A DNA stretch of 64,000 nucleotides from Eledone cirrhosa (GCA_964016885.1 OZ024742.1:210428001-210492000), one strand, 5' to 3'; counted from the stretch's first letter, positions 38,657 through 52,460 are shown. The notes: generated from the sequence alone by a model not told the origin. A program made the numbers and translations.

Positions 38657-40099
38657 GTAAGTGAATTTTTTCTTATAGTTAAGTTAAATACTGAAACTGA
38701 ATTCCACTTGTTTTGAAATATCATTTTATATTTTGTTGTACTGTTTTGTACTGATTACACTTGTATTTAAACATCCTTGCTTTAGTTTTTCTGGCTGACA
38801 ACAAATACAACTCTTATTTTTAGTTGAATATTACTTTGTGAAGGCATGTGGCTTAGTGGTTAGGGTGTTCAGCTCACAATCATAAGGTCATGAGTTTGAT
38901 TCCTGAGATAGTCACTGTATTTCACACTAGCAGAGGTACCCGGCGTTCTCGGGTATTAAATAGGAGTTATGTATACCATTTATGTCAATACTTCAGTGCT
39001 GATTCGAAAACTATACTTTTACAAAATCATCGGCTTTTTCCCAAAGGGGGTTCCTGTCCCCTACTCAATATGTGCCAATTCACATTCATCTGTAGAACAA
39101 ACGTAGCCCATGTGTCAAGTTTTGTGAAAATCGGTTGCGAACTCCAGAAGTTATGACGTTTTGTTGCATTGCACTGCAGTGCTTCAGTTGACTTCAAGAA
39201 AGCGGTTGAAAATATCTGGAAAAATGAAAGTGCCCATGACCATTCAGAGTACATAGGTAACCTATGTCTTAAGTTTGGTGAAAATACTGTAGAAATGCAT
39301 AAGTCTTACATGCACGTGTGTGTGTGTATGTATTTGTGTGTGCGTATGTATGTGTATGTCCGTCGGCGTATACGTATGTACTGGCCTAAATCTTCACTAT
39401 TTACTTTTACTATTTTAATAACCTCTGTCATTTTCGTTTACAATTTTATTTACATCATTCTTAAACTCCGGGGCTGGAAATCATTCGGTTATTTTAAATA
39501 GAATATTAGTCTAACGACTCCATTTATACCATAAACTTGGTCTTGTCTTTGCATGAAATTGTTCTTCTCAGTCCACATAACAATGTTTATTGCCAGGGAA
39601 CGTCTTCACGAACCAAAATATCGTCTTCCTGTTTTCCTTCGGTTGCAACGTTTCTCAAAATATTTACTTCTGCGTTCACAGATTAAAATTTTTAGTTTCA
39701 GAAGATCCCGTTAATGTTGAAAGCAGCAATTCTTTGCTTACAATTCTTTGCTTAAACTTTAATCTGTTCTTATAACATATATATATATATATATAGGGAG
39801 AGAGATGCTTTGTACGGCTTTTGGAGGAAGGAGTGACCAGCAGTACGTTGTTCGGTATTATTACGAAAAGTTGTAGCAGAGATTCTCGCGTGAACTAACA
39901 GCTCGGGGGGAAACTGCTTATCTAAAAGATTCATTCGCCATCGTTCTTGTCAACGCTCCGTTTTTTGGTATTTGTTGGTCTACAGTTAGATGAATGGCGC
40001 ACAAAGGGTTAATGTTTATTGGCAAGATGTTTTTTGAATAATAAAAGACGAGTTAAAGCAACCTACAATGTATCTGTGTATATATATACACACACAGAT

Positions 40100-42912
40100 A
40101 CATCATCATCATCATCATCGTTTAACGTCCATATTCCACGCTTGCATGGGTTTGGACGGGAGTTTTCCCACTTGAGGCAAGAGTGGTTGTCTTGCTCGCA
40201 TAGGACTGTCTATGGCTGGATGCCCTTCCTAACACCAACCACATTTACAGTGTGAAACTGGGAGGTTTTTACCGTGTTACCTACACGGCCACATTACAGC
40301 GTGGACTGTGTTTTTTTGTCGTGACACCTACACGACCTCATTTGTTTCGGTCTGGATGTTGTGGTACCAACATAACTTTACATTTAAAGGGGTGGTGTGG
40401 ATGGGGTGGGGGTAGTGGGACGGGGGTGTATTTTGTTAGAGGTGCCTACTGACTGTAGTAGGTTTCACTTTGCACTTAGGTAAGGTGAGTCTTCTCTATT
40501 ACTGCGTAGCGCCAAAGATCTCGGTCCAGTTACATTGTCTTGGAGAGGTGTAAGTGTGTGAGGTCGGAATTTATCAAGTCGTCCCAGGTTTTTCTGGGTC
40601 TGCCTACTCCGTGGCTACCGTCTATTTTTATTGCCCTGCACTTTTTTATACAGCTGTCGTCTTTCATGCGCATCACGTGACCATACCAACGTAGTCTTCT
40701 CTCGAGTAAACAACATCTGATCCCTCTTATTCCTAATTTCTCCCTTAGTTCGTTTATGGTTTGCCGTTCACGTATATTACTATTACACATCCAGCGGAGC
40801 ATGCAAGCTTCGTTTCTCTCCAGTCTGCGTATATCCTCTGCACACAATGCCCAGGTCTCACTGCCATGTAACATTGCTGTTCATATGCAGGCATCATACA
40901 ACCTGCCTTTCATTTTTAGAGAGAACCCTTTAGCGGCCAATAGTGGTATAAGCTCTCTGAACTTTTTCCATCCCGTTCTGACTCTAGCTACTGTACTTTC
41001 AGAGCACCCTCCTCCACTGCTGATTTTGTCACCCAGGAAACGGAAGCTGTCCACTATTTCTATAGAACCATCTGTGCAATGGAATGAGTTAGTATTCTGT
41101 GGGCACTTGCTGCTACTTATTGCACCAGAGCACCGGCCACATATATAATCTATATTCTTAGTTAGCTTACCTGTGATCCCACTACATCTTTTATGTACCC
41201 ATACTTTGCATTTGGGACATAAAATGGAGTTTCTACCTTCTCCTTTCCTACACACTGAGCATGGCCATTTTCCAGATGGGACCGGTGCCCTTATTTTCCT
41301 TCCTACAAACTAGAACTTTAGTCTTAGACAAGTTAACTTTAAGGCCTTTTGATTCTAGGCCATGCTTCCATGTTTGGAATTTCTTCTCTAGTTCAGCCAT
41401 TGATTCAGCTATGAGCGTTAGATCATCTGCATATAGGAGTTCCCATGGGCAGCCGGTCTTGAACTCCTCTGTTATAGCCTGAAGGGCAATAATAAATAGT
41501 AGGGGGCTAAGGACGGAGCCCTGATGAACACCAACTTTTACGCTAAACTCTTCACTATATTCGTTGTTAATTCTAACCTTGCTGACTGTTTCTTTATACA
41601 TGGCTTGTATAGCTCTCACAAGCCATTCATCAACACCTAGTTTTCTAAGGGCCCACCAGATAATCGAGCGGGGTACTCTGTCAAAGGCTTTCTCCAAGTC
41701 AACAAAAGCTAAGTATAGGGGTTTACTTTTAGCTAGGTACTTCTCCTGTAGTTGTCGTACAATGAAAAGAGCGTCTGTTGTACTTTTACCTGACACAAAC
41801 CCGAACTGCATTTCGTCTAGATCAATTCGCTCTCTGATTAGTTGCGCTATTACTTTTTCTGTGACCTTCATGACCTGGTCAATTAATTTAATGCCTCTAT
41901 AGTTTCCCCTATCTAGGGCATCACCTTTACCCTTGTAGCAGTTAATGATGATGCTGCTGCGCCAGTCCTTCGGAACGACCCCATTCTGTATGACTTGGTT
42001 TACTATCTGGGTGACCATAGTGTGTCCCACCGTTCCAGATGCTTTCAGCATTTCGGCAACTATTTCCGAAGGCCCGGCCGCCTTGCCTGTCTTCATGTCT
42101 TTGATCGCCTTACTTATTATACTACCTTCAACTTGCACTGCTGGTCCCTCTATTGGGTTGATGTGGGGGAGACTGTCTTTCTCCCAATTATTCTCCTCAT
42201 TTAGTAGCCTTTCGTAGTGACACTTCCAAGCTACCTTCTTATCAGCATCAGTGATGGCAAGTACACCATCATCATTAAGGACACACTTCTCCCCGACAAT
42301 ATCACTGTTTTCCTTGACACATTGCCTAGCAATCCTGAACACCTCACGTTTTTGGTCCTCGCGTTGTAGAACATGCTTGAACTTTCTTTCCTCTGCTTCC
42401 CTTCTTGCGAAGTACACTTGTCTCCTAGCTTCCCTCCTGGCCACTTGATAGTCTTCTCTACTTCCCTCATCCCGCCATGCTTTGATTGACTCCTCCACCT
42501 TACTGTTCCACCACCAAGTTACTCTCCTCCTGCCTATAGGCCTGCTCCAGCCACAGGTTTCATCTGTCACCTTCAGCAGGTTAGCTTTCAGGAATTCCCA
42601 CTGTTCCTCTATATTGTACGACTCTAATTGCTCTTCCTTACTGTCAAAAGCATCAAGTAATATGCTTTTAAATTTATTACTGGCTGTGGGGTCCTTTAAT
42701 TTCCATATTTTTCTCCTGAGGATAGTCCTCTTCTGTTGTCGAATACGTCTCATCCTGACTATGAGGTCGCTAATTATGAGTCTATGTTGAGAGGTGCATT
42801 CTTCATGGGGGAGGGATTTAGTGTTTACAACAGACACTCTGTCACGTCTCCTGGTAAGGATATAATCTACCTGGCTTGTGTGTTTCCCCGATCTATAGGT
42901 GATCAAGTGATT
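40100..42912 (-). mobile_element. RTE-clade LINE, 5'-truncated (end of endonuclease + RT + 3'UTR + (GAT)n tail)
   Basis: ORFs with FVDLEKAFDRVP, GVHQGSVLSP, LLYADD, GRPRKTW; one +1 frameshift near 41290 and one CGA>TGA stop near 40882; microsatellites on both sides. Confidence 0.95.
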
Positions 42913-43863
42913 GTGATTGTGATATATATATATATATGTGTGTGTGTGTATGTATGCATATATATATATGTGTGTGTGTGTATGTATGTTTGTATATATA
43001 TATATAAATATGTGTGTGTGTATATACATATATTTTTATGTGTATATGTGTATATGTGTTTGTATATATATATATATATATAAGTATATATGTATATATA
43101 TATATATATGTGTGTGTGTGCGCGTGTGCGTGTCTGTGTGAATGTAGCGAAGATAATATGTCAGCAATGACGTTATGCAGACAGCCAGGCATACAGACAG
43201 ATATTATAAGAGCGCGACAGAGATGGATAACCGGCACCTAACACCCTTTAACAACAGAAAATAAATATAAAAAAGCGGCAGTTAATATCTTTAGACCGCA
43301 AGGAATATATAAATGCAAGTTTGAAGTCAATCGGAGTAGAAATGTGGATTTGTATAGACTTTGCAAAAATGAGGACACGCAGACAACATCAGTTTTATAT
43401 ATATAGACTAGCAGAAAACCACTCGGTGGGTGGTTTTCTGCTAGTCGATATATATTTAACACACACACAAACACAGACACACACACACATACATATATAT
43501 ATACACCCATGTTCATATTTTGAGATGCATTATTCTCAAATCAGATTATTATCTCTGACAGGAAGAACCAGTTTATAATTTTTAAGAAAAATTAAGCATA
43601 CAGACATATTTTAGGAAACTTATGAATTCCTGTACACACACACACAAACACTTACACAGATACACACAGACACACGCACATACAGACACACACGCATAGA
43701 CACATACGCTAACACACACATACCATACACACACTCATACATACGCACATATGCACACACGCTAACACACATACACACGCACATACACACTTAAACCTAT
43801 ATATATGTATATATAGAGAGAGACACACATAATATACATATATAATATATATATATATAATAT

Positions 43864-45206
43864 ATCATCATCATCATCATCAACGTCCGTGTTCCACGCT
43901 TGCATGGGTTTGAACGGGGGTATTCCCACTTGAGGCAAGAGTGATTGTCTTGCTCGCATAGGACTGTCTGGCAGGTTTTCTACAGTTGGATGCCCTTCCT
44001 AACACCAACCACATTTACAGTGTGGGGCTGGGAGGTTTTTACCGTGTTGCCTACACGGCCACATTACAGCGTGGACTGTGTGTTTTTTTGTCGTGACACC
44101 TACACGATCTCATTTGTTTCGGCCTGGATGGCGTGGCACCGACATAACTTTACATAGATGGGGTGGGGGTGGTGGGACGGGGTGTATTTTGTTAGAGATG
44201 CCTACTGGCTGTAGTAGGTTTTACTATGTATTTAGGTAAGGCGGGTCTTCTCTGTTACTGAGTACCGCCAAAGGTCTCGGTCCAGTGACATTGTCTTGGA
44301 GAGGTGTAAGTGTGTGAGGTCGGAGTTTATCAGCTCATCCCAGGTTTTTCTAGGTCTGCCTATTCCGTGGCTACCGTCTATCTTTATTGCCCTGCACTTT
44401 GTTATACAGCTATCGACTTTCATGCGCATCACGTGTCCATACCAACGTAGCCTTCTCTCGAGTAAACAACATCTGATCCCTCTTATTTCTAATTTTTTCC
44501 TTAGTTCGTTTATGCTTTGCCGTTCATGTATATTACTGTTACACATCCAGCGGAGCATGCAAGCTTCATTCCTCTCTAGTCTGCGTATATCCTCTGCACA
44601 CAATGCCCAGGTCTCACTGCCATGCAACATTGCTGTTCGTATGCAGGCATCATACAACCTGCCTTTCATTTTTAGGGAGAACCCTTTAGCAGCTAATAGT
44701 GGAATAAGCTCTCTGAACTTTTTCCATCCAGTTCTGACTCTAGCTACTGTACTTTCTGAGCACCCTCCCCCACTGCTGATTTTGTCACCCAGGTAACGAA
44801 AGCTGTCCACTATTTCTATAGAGCCCTCTGCGCAGTTGTAAGAGCTAGTATTTTGTGGGCACTTGCTGCTACTTATTGCACCAGAGCACCGGCCACATGT
44901 AAAATCTATGTTCTTAGTTAGCTTACCTGTGATCCCACTACATCTTTTATGCACCCATACTTTGCATTTGGGACATAAAATGGAGTTTCTACCTACGCCT
45001 TTCCTACACACTGAGCATGGCCATTTCCCAGAAGGGACCGCCGCCTTATTTTCTTTCCTACAAACTAGAACTTTAGTCTTAGCCAGGTTAATTTTAAGTC
45101 CTTTTGATTCTAGGCCATGCTTCCATGTTTGGAATTTCTTCTCTAGCTCGGCCATTGATTCAGCTATGAGTGTCAGGTCGTCTGCGTATAGGAGTTCCCA
45201 TGGGCA
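43864..45206 (-). mobile_element. RTE LINE, 5'-truncated, same family
   Basis: Open 307-aa RT C-terminal ORF, 3'UTR, (GAT)n tail; 5' end at CPWELLYADD abuts (TA)n. Confidence 0.95.
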
Positions 45207-45230
45207 TATATATATATATATTATATATAT

Positions 45231-45703
45231 ATCATCATCATCATCATCATCATCGTTTAACGTCCATGTTCTACGCTTGCATGGGTTTGGACGGGAGTTT
45301 TCCCACTTGAGGCAAGAGTGGTTGTCTTGCTCGCATAGGACTGTCTGGCGGGTTTTCTACAGCTGGATGCCCTTCCTAACACCAACCACATTTACAGTGT
45401 CGGACTGGGAGGTTTTTACCGTGTTGCCTACACGGCCACATTACAGCATGGACTGTGTGTTTTTTGTCGTGACACCTACACGATCTCATTTGTTTCGGCC
45501 TGGATGTTGTGGCACCAACGTAACTTTACATTGAAAGGGGCAGTGTGGATGGGGTGGGTGGGGGTGGTGGGGCCTATTTTGTTAGAGATGCCTACTGACT
45601 GTAGTAGGTTTACTTTGTATTTAGGCAAGGCGGGTCTTCTCTATTACTGAGTACCGCCAAAGATCTCGGTCCAGTGACATTGTCTTAGAGAGGTGTAAGT
45701 GTG
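45231..45703 (-). mobile_element. RTE LINE 3' fragment, same family
   Basis: HLHLSKTMSLDRDLWRYSV + 3'UTR + (GAT)n; microsatellites on both sides. Confidence 0.93.
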
Positions 45704-46737
45704 ATATTATATACACACACACATATAACACACACCCATATATAAAACACACACATATATAACACACACACGCACACACATACACACACACACATACACA
45801 CACACGCATACACACACATATATATATATTATATGCTCAGCCCCAGTGAGTTGGTTAAAACACAAAAGCCAGTCTTAAAGTTGTCATCTGTAAATTCAAA
45901 GAACTCGGCTGTGTCTGGTTAGATCTCCATGGTAACTACTCCAAGGTCGCGCGTGCCATGGCTGGGAACGCAGGTGTCACGTGCTGTCCTAGAACGCTGG
46001 TTGTTGGAATCAGTGGTCGACGACAGGGAGTGAGAGGGGAGAGAAAGAAAAGCAGAGGTGAAGTGACGAAGTGACTCTCTCTTCCTCCTCCTCCTCCATC
46101 TCCCGATTTGTCACAGCGATAGAGGGGAGGAATGTTAGTGTGTTACGAAGAGAAAGAGTGAGAGTGAGAGAAACAGACAGACTAAAAGAGAGGGATAGCT
46201 GGAGAGAGAGAGATAGCAACCACGCGCGCACGTGTTTCCACTGTCGGACAGACAGACAGAGAAATTGCTGGTTATATATTATAAGGAGATTACACCAATC
46301 CACTTACTCTCAGGTCTTGAATAATGCTTCCCTGCTTATTAAATTTTGCTATACATACATATGTTATTTTACATTAAAAAAACATATATGACAAAAAAAA
46401 GAACATTACAAGAAATCACATATTTACGAAAGTACACTATATAATTACCGATTTCCCAACTCCCCCATTTATTCCCCTCCCCCCACTCTAATACGTTGGG
46501 ATAGTGATATGAAACTCTGTAAAAGATGGTCTTGTAATTCACATACTAATTTGGCATAAATGGCCTTCTAAATATTATCATAAAGACATAAAATAAAAAC
46601 TAATGAATGAAAATAAACAAACAACATACAACAACACTGAACCTGACTCCTACCACCCCTTAAAAAAGCTGAATTTTAAAACTTTCAATTATAAAACGGA
46701 ATTCATTTCTAATCTTATTTTGAATTTTATTTCTCAG

Positions 46738-46943
46738 CTTTGAAACATTATACTTCGAAACTGAAAGATATTTCTGACCTCACCTTAGTAGAAACATTTG
46801 GATTTCGTGGAGAAGCATTAAGTTCATTATGTGCTCTCAGTAAACTAACAATTATTACCAGGCACACAGATGCATCAGTTGGTACAAAACTTCAATTTGA
46901 TCATCATGGCAAGATTAATTCACGTACACCTTGTGCAAGACAA
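46738..46943 (+). CDS. PMS2: PMS2 coding exon 4 (LKHYTSK...[16 protein letters not shown]...)
   Basis: MutL signature GFRGEAL; ttctcag| acceptor, |GTAAGC donor; phase 1-0. Confidence 0.97.
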
Positions 46944-47334
46944 GTAAGCTGCATACATTTCTTTTTATTTTATTACTATCATTCTAACTTATGTTCCATA
47001 AAATACTATGATTATTATAATTGGCAAAGGCCACCCTTAACCCTTTTGATACCAAACTGCTTTTGAAACTGCCTCTGATTTTATGATTTAACGCCATTTA
47101 TTTTAAAGTGTTTATATTTATCTAATTACTTTATATCGTAATTTTATGTCAGAACCTTTGTTAAACCATCTTAATACCATCTTAAAAATGAGAAAGTTAG
47201 TTTTTATTAAATTTTTCAAAATTTTTAAAAGTAGAATTAGATTTGCCTAGAATTAGAATACAATGTTGGTAGCAAATTTTGAACTTAGTTTAATTCAAGA
47301 GTTATCACTTTTTCAACTTAATTACTTAACTACT

Positions 47335-48960
47335 ACATCATCATTTAAAGTCCATTTTTCCTGTTAGTAAGGGTTGGATGTATCATCACAGACCAAGCCA
47401 TATTTAATCAGAGTTACTGACCTCTGAAATAGGCAGCAGGCCCACTTCTCATTTACATTCCCACACTCTACAGAGTGCACTGGGTGCATTTTATTGTGGC
47501 ATCAGCACTAGGGAAGTTGTCATGTCTTTAAGACAACTAACGAATCCTCTCAATCCTTTGTTTGGCAGGTTTTCTATGGCTGGATGCCATTCCTATCATT
47601 AACAATTTTACAGAGTGTACTTGGTGCATTTACCATTTAGATCATCAGCACTAGAAATGTTGAGTCCTTGACACAACTGAAGGGTGCTCTGGACTCGTTT
47701 TTGGCATGGTTTTTACCGATGGATGCATTTTTCATGACACCAGCACTACTGGCGTTGTTATGTGACTGGAAGGTATTCTTGAATCTTTTTGACATGGTTT
47801 TTATGCCTGGAAGACCTTCCTAATACCCACCATTTTAGATGGGTGCATTTTATCATAGTACCAGCACTAGAAAGATTGTTGGATATTGACTCAACTGAAG
47901 AGCATGCCCTACCTGATGGAGAGATAGGAAGTATGCCATGGGTAAGTAGCAGTGAGTAAAGGGATTATAAGTACAATGTCATGAATGTATGACAGGTATG
48001 GTGGGAGGAAGAAGTGGGAAAGTTCATCATGAGTGTATGATATGTGTGGTGGGAATAGACAAGGTGATTAGAGCATGTAGAGGGATGATCTCACAGAGAG
48101 GATGGGGAGGTACAATGAATATTCAAACAATTACTGAGAAGTTATGACTGGTACTTTAGGACACTTAAATGGGGTGGAGGTGGTCCTGGGTAGAGTGGTG
48201 GTGGGTGTACAGTGATGGTGAGGATAGTTGCTATGGAGGAGTGGTGTATGTGGATGGATCTGGTCACATTTTATGCTAGTAGATCTTCTCCAGTGTAGTA
48301 TGCTACCAGTCTTTGTCATCTCTGTCATGAGATCAGCTTCTTTTGGTTGGTCTTCATTACTTCATCCATTGAGATATTTCTGTATATCTTTATACAGCTG
48401 TTATCTTCCATACACATCATGTGTCCACATCAATGTAGTCTCCTCACTACATGAAATTCCTCTTATGCCTGGTTTTTCTCTCAGTTCACTTATACTGTGA
48501 TTTCCATGCAGGCTAACATTATACATCCATTGGAGCATTCTCACTTCATTTGTTTCTAGTCTGTAATCAAAACCCATTTTTCACTACCATGTAGTATTGC
48601 AGTTTCTATGCAGGCATCATACAGTTTACCATTCACTCTGAGAGAAAAGCCATTTGTTGTCGACAGAGGTACCTACTCTCTAAACTTCTTTCAGCCTGTT
48701 CTTATCCTGGTTTTCACACTTCAGGCCATCCTCCCCAACAGCTGATCAGGTCACATTGAAAACAAAAGCTGTCAATAATTTCTAGGGAGCCTCCTTGGCA
48801 ACTGAGGGAATCTTTCAATTCTAGGTTTTACTTCCATGCCTGGAATTTTGTTTCTAACTCTCCCACAGATTCAGTTGTTATAAGGTGTAGACCATCAGCA
48901 TACAGGATTTCTCATGGAATGATAAACAGAAGTTGACTGAGGACTGAACCATGATATTCA
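47335..48960 (-). mobile_element. Degenerate RTE LINE remnant
   Basis: Decayed YADG/LHGSE/RLQWM-like codons and RTE-type 3'UTR repeats; boundaries approximate. Confidence 0.7.
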
Positions 48961-49914
48961 TCACTGTACTCATTGTTATCTCACCTCTTTCGAGTGTCTA
49001 TAGCTCATAAAAGAATAAAGGAAAAATACTGACCCATATATGTAGAGAAATTTATTCACATACATATGTACATATTAATGTACATAATTACCTTAACTGC
49101 TTTCAGATGTGGGTAGCTATAACAATAGCTGATACTACACTAATTTCATTTTCATTCATTTTCATTTTACGTCCGCTTTTTCCTTGCTTGCAAGGGTGGG
49201 ACAGGAACTGATTCTGGCTTGATTTCTACAGCTGGATGCCCTTCCTAACACCAACCTCATTTACAGTGAGTGCTGGGTGCTTTTTTGCCATGGTACCTGC
49301 ACGACCATTTTGCAGTGGAATGATAGGGACGCCAGTCCCTATCATCTCATTTCTACAGCTGAGTAAACTGGAGTAATGTGAAATAAAGTGTCTTGCTCAA
49401 GGAAACAACACATCACCCGGTCTGAGAATTGAACTCACAACCTTTCGATTGCAAGGCCAATGCTCTAACCACTAAGCCATGTGCCTCCATTTGTTACCAG
49501 TAATACACTGGGATAAATGCTGGCCTTTTGCCAAAAGTAGAAACAGTTAATCTTTTAGACATTTTAAACCAAAAAATAGCCAACAGGATTAGATGGGGGA
49601 TGACTCTCTTTAATACAGTGTTAATTTCAGATAATTCTTCCATAAAGTTACTTTGAATAAGTAAAATTGAAAGCCATCCACTTGATAGGCAAGCTTTCAT
49701 TTACCAATTACTAGCTCATTGACATACCCTGTATTCCTTTTGAATTTTTTTGCTCTATACTAAGCATTTCCCAATCCTTCCAATTTAAATGTGCAGCCTT
49801 CTGGTGCTCTTTCCATGTTCATGCTTTCACTACAAACGTTGATCTGAAATATCAACCTCAGAGACTGGATTAATAATATAATTATAAATAATTTCAAAAC
49901 AATTCTTTCAGAGA

Positions 49915-51229
49915 TCGTCATCCCCGTTTTTCGTCAATTCTTCCATACTAGCATGGGTTAGACACATCCTGTTGTGGGCAATGCTAGGTCAGGTGACCAT
50001 GTCTTGCATATACAGAACTGATTTGGGTTTGGTTCCTACAGCTGGATACCCTTCCTAACGCCAACCTCTTTGACAGTGTGTACTGGGTGCTTTTTGTTGT
50101 GTCACCAGCACGACCACTTTACAGTGTTGGCTGGGTGCTTTCTGTGGTGACACCTACACGACCACTTTACAGTGTGGACTGGGCGCTTTTTGCCGTGTCA
50201 CCATCACGACCACTTTACAGTGTGGGATGGGGGCTTCACTGGATGTATACTCCAGCCTGTTCTCATGGGAGATGTATGGGGGTGGGTGGGGTAGTGCATA
50301 CTATATATATGTTTCAGCTTCGGCCTGTGCCTGTGGGAAGTCGGGTCTTCTGTATTACTGCATAACGCCAGTGATCTCGGTCCTGTGTCATTGCCTTTGA
50401 GAGATGCAATTGGACAAGGGCAGCTTTTATCACCTCATCCCAAGTCTTCCTGGGTCTCCCCACTCCAAGGCTCCCATCAACTTTGAGCGCTTTGTACCTT
50501 TTTATGCAGCTGTCCTCCTTCATATGCAACACATGTCCATACCAACACAGTCTCCTCTCCTGCACACAGCATTTGATTCCTCTTATGCCTAGTTTCTCTC
50601 TCAGTTTGTTTATGCTTCGCTGTTCACATATATTACTATTACACATCCATCGGAGCATGCAAGGTTCATTTCTTTCTAATCTACGCAAGTCTTCTACACA
50701 CAGCGCCCAGGTCTCACTACCATGTTACATTGCTGTTCATCTGCATGCATCATTCAGTCTGCCTTTCATTTTGAGGGAAAAGCCCTTTGTAGCTAGCAGT
50801 AGTAGTAACTCCCTGAACTTCTTCCATCCCGTTCTTACTCTAGCTACAGTACTTTCAGAGCACCTACCTCTGTTACTAAATCGGTCACCAAGGTAACAGA
50901 AGCTGTCTATTGTTTCTACCGAGACCTCCCAGAATTTGGTCCCAGAATTACTGTCCCGGTGCAGCTGTTACATATAAAGACTAACATTCTTCCCACTACA
51001 TCTCTTGTGTACCCATAATTTGCATTTGGGATAGAGGATGGAATTTCTACCTACACTTCCTACATACTGAGCAAGGCCAGCTCCCTGAGGGGATCAGGGT
51101 TCTGTTTTCTCTTCCACTTACTAGGATCTTAGTCTTTGTCAAGTTGACTTTAAGACCATTTGTTTCTAGACCCTGTTTCCATGTTTGGAATTTTTTCTCT
51201 AGTTCCACCATAGATTCCGCTATGAGTGT
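49915..51229 (-). mobile_element. RTE LINE, 5'-truncated, related subfamily
   Basis: RRLERNE..MLRWMC..GRPRKTW; ~46-bp tandem units in the 3'UTR at ~50075-50225. Confidence 0.9.
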
Positions 51230-51425
51230 AATAGTAAGTTGAGATAGATAGTAAATTTAATTCAAATGTTAGTAAAAACAATGTTATAAAGGAAAAATGT
51301 TACATTTATTTCTTCCAGCGCCTTATGTAATTCTTTGATGGTGTGTTTAACTTAACTTTTCTAAAAAGTTATTTCAAATATGAACCTTATTTCTTTTACC
51401 ATTTTCAATATATTTTTACCTGTAG

Positions 51426-51595
51426 CCAGGATGTACAGTCATATTGGAGAATTTGTTTTCAACATTGCCTGTACGACATAAAGAATTTCAAAGAAGCTTG
51501 AAGAAAGAATTCTTTAAAATGGTTCAAGTGTTGAATTCTTACTGCCTTATCAATGTTGGTGTGAGAATTTCATGTTATAATCAGGTTGGAAAAGG
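51426..51595 (+). CDS. PMS2: PMS2 coding exon 5 ([36 protein letters not shown]...)
   Basis: [14 protein letters not shown] is PMS2-typical; tgtag| acceptor, GG|GTAAGT donor; phase 0-2. Confidence 0.96.
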
Positions 51596-52240
51596 GTAAG
51601 TGATATTTTTAGAATCATTACAAGAAATTTTGATTAAAATTACCCACTTAGTGAGGAGAAAGAATCATTAGCTGAAATGATCAATTTTGGCCAAGACAAA
51701 TGGAAGACAGCCCTGAAATTTTAATTAAAAATAAAATGTGGACAGTGCAATGCGGTGTGAGTCTACTTTATAAATTAAAATTCCAGTTTTATTCCTCTTT
51801 TGAGAGAAGAATGATAATTAAAATAATTAGAAAAGGTTTATTAGGATTGGTGCTTATTTCTGGTTTTCTGGTATTAAGTTGATGATGGGTGGTGGATTGG
51901 CAGTATTGGTAGAGCATCGGACAACATACATTCCTTTACGTTCTGATTTCAAATCCAGCTGAGGTTAGCTTTACTTTTCATCCGTAAGGGATCTATAAAA
52001 TAAAGTACCAGTAACACACAGGTCAATTTAGTTGACCCCCCCCCCCCCCCTCTCCTAAAATTGTTGGTCTTGTGTCTAAATCAGAAATTATTATTAAGTT
52101 GATGAGATACAAGTCTGTTCCTGTTTAATAGGTATATTCAGTAGTTTGGAAGTCGGAGGAAATCTCTCTTTTATTGATCTTTAATGACAAAACCAGTCAG
52201 TTAAATATTCATTCAAGCTGCTGAAATCCTTATAGTTTAA

Positions 52241-52460
52241 CCCTTTAGCATTTACATTACTCTATATATACTATTGTATTTTTGTGAAATAAGCTTTATC
52301 TTATATAATTATCTCACATAATATCAAATCTATGAGATTTTGATGTTATTATTTTGAGAACAAGACCTTAATGTCAGTATGAGCAGTCAGTTATGACTAG
52401 TTTGAACAGAAAGAGATGAAAGAATTCTGGCTGGATATGGCCAGTTTAAATGTTAAAGGG
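52241..52460. mobile_element. piggyBac-like MITE (same family, opposite orientation)
   Basis: TTAA|CCCTTTAGCATTTA...TAAATGTTAAAGGG|TTAA. Confidence 0.85.

Larger units (their letters stand above)
38927..46289 (-). mobile_element. Composite Helitron (probably two head-to-tail units) carrying three nested RTE copies
   Basis: 5' A|TCTCCTTATAATATAT at 46289; 3' ACCCGAGAACGCCGGGT-7 nt-CTAG|T at 38927; internal CTAG|TCTATATATATAAAA junction at 43408/43407; flanks rejoin into a SINE-like sequence. Confidence 0.7.

Noticed and set aside
41248-43029. 593-aa ORF as an intact active retrotransposon or host gene
   Set aside because: N-terminus is microsatellite read-through, the endonuclease is mostly missing, and a frameshift and a stop disrupt the C-terminus.
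50075-50225. Regularly spaced ~46-bp repeats (CRISPR-like appearance; also ~16300-16480, ~55990-56110)
   Set aside because: Contiguous tandem units of the RTE 3'UTR with no unique spacers and no cas genes, in a eukaryotic intron.
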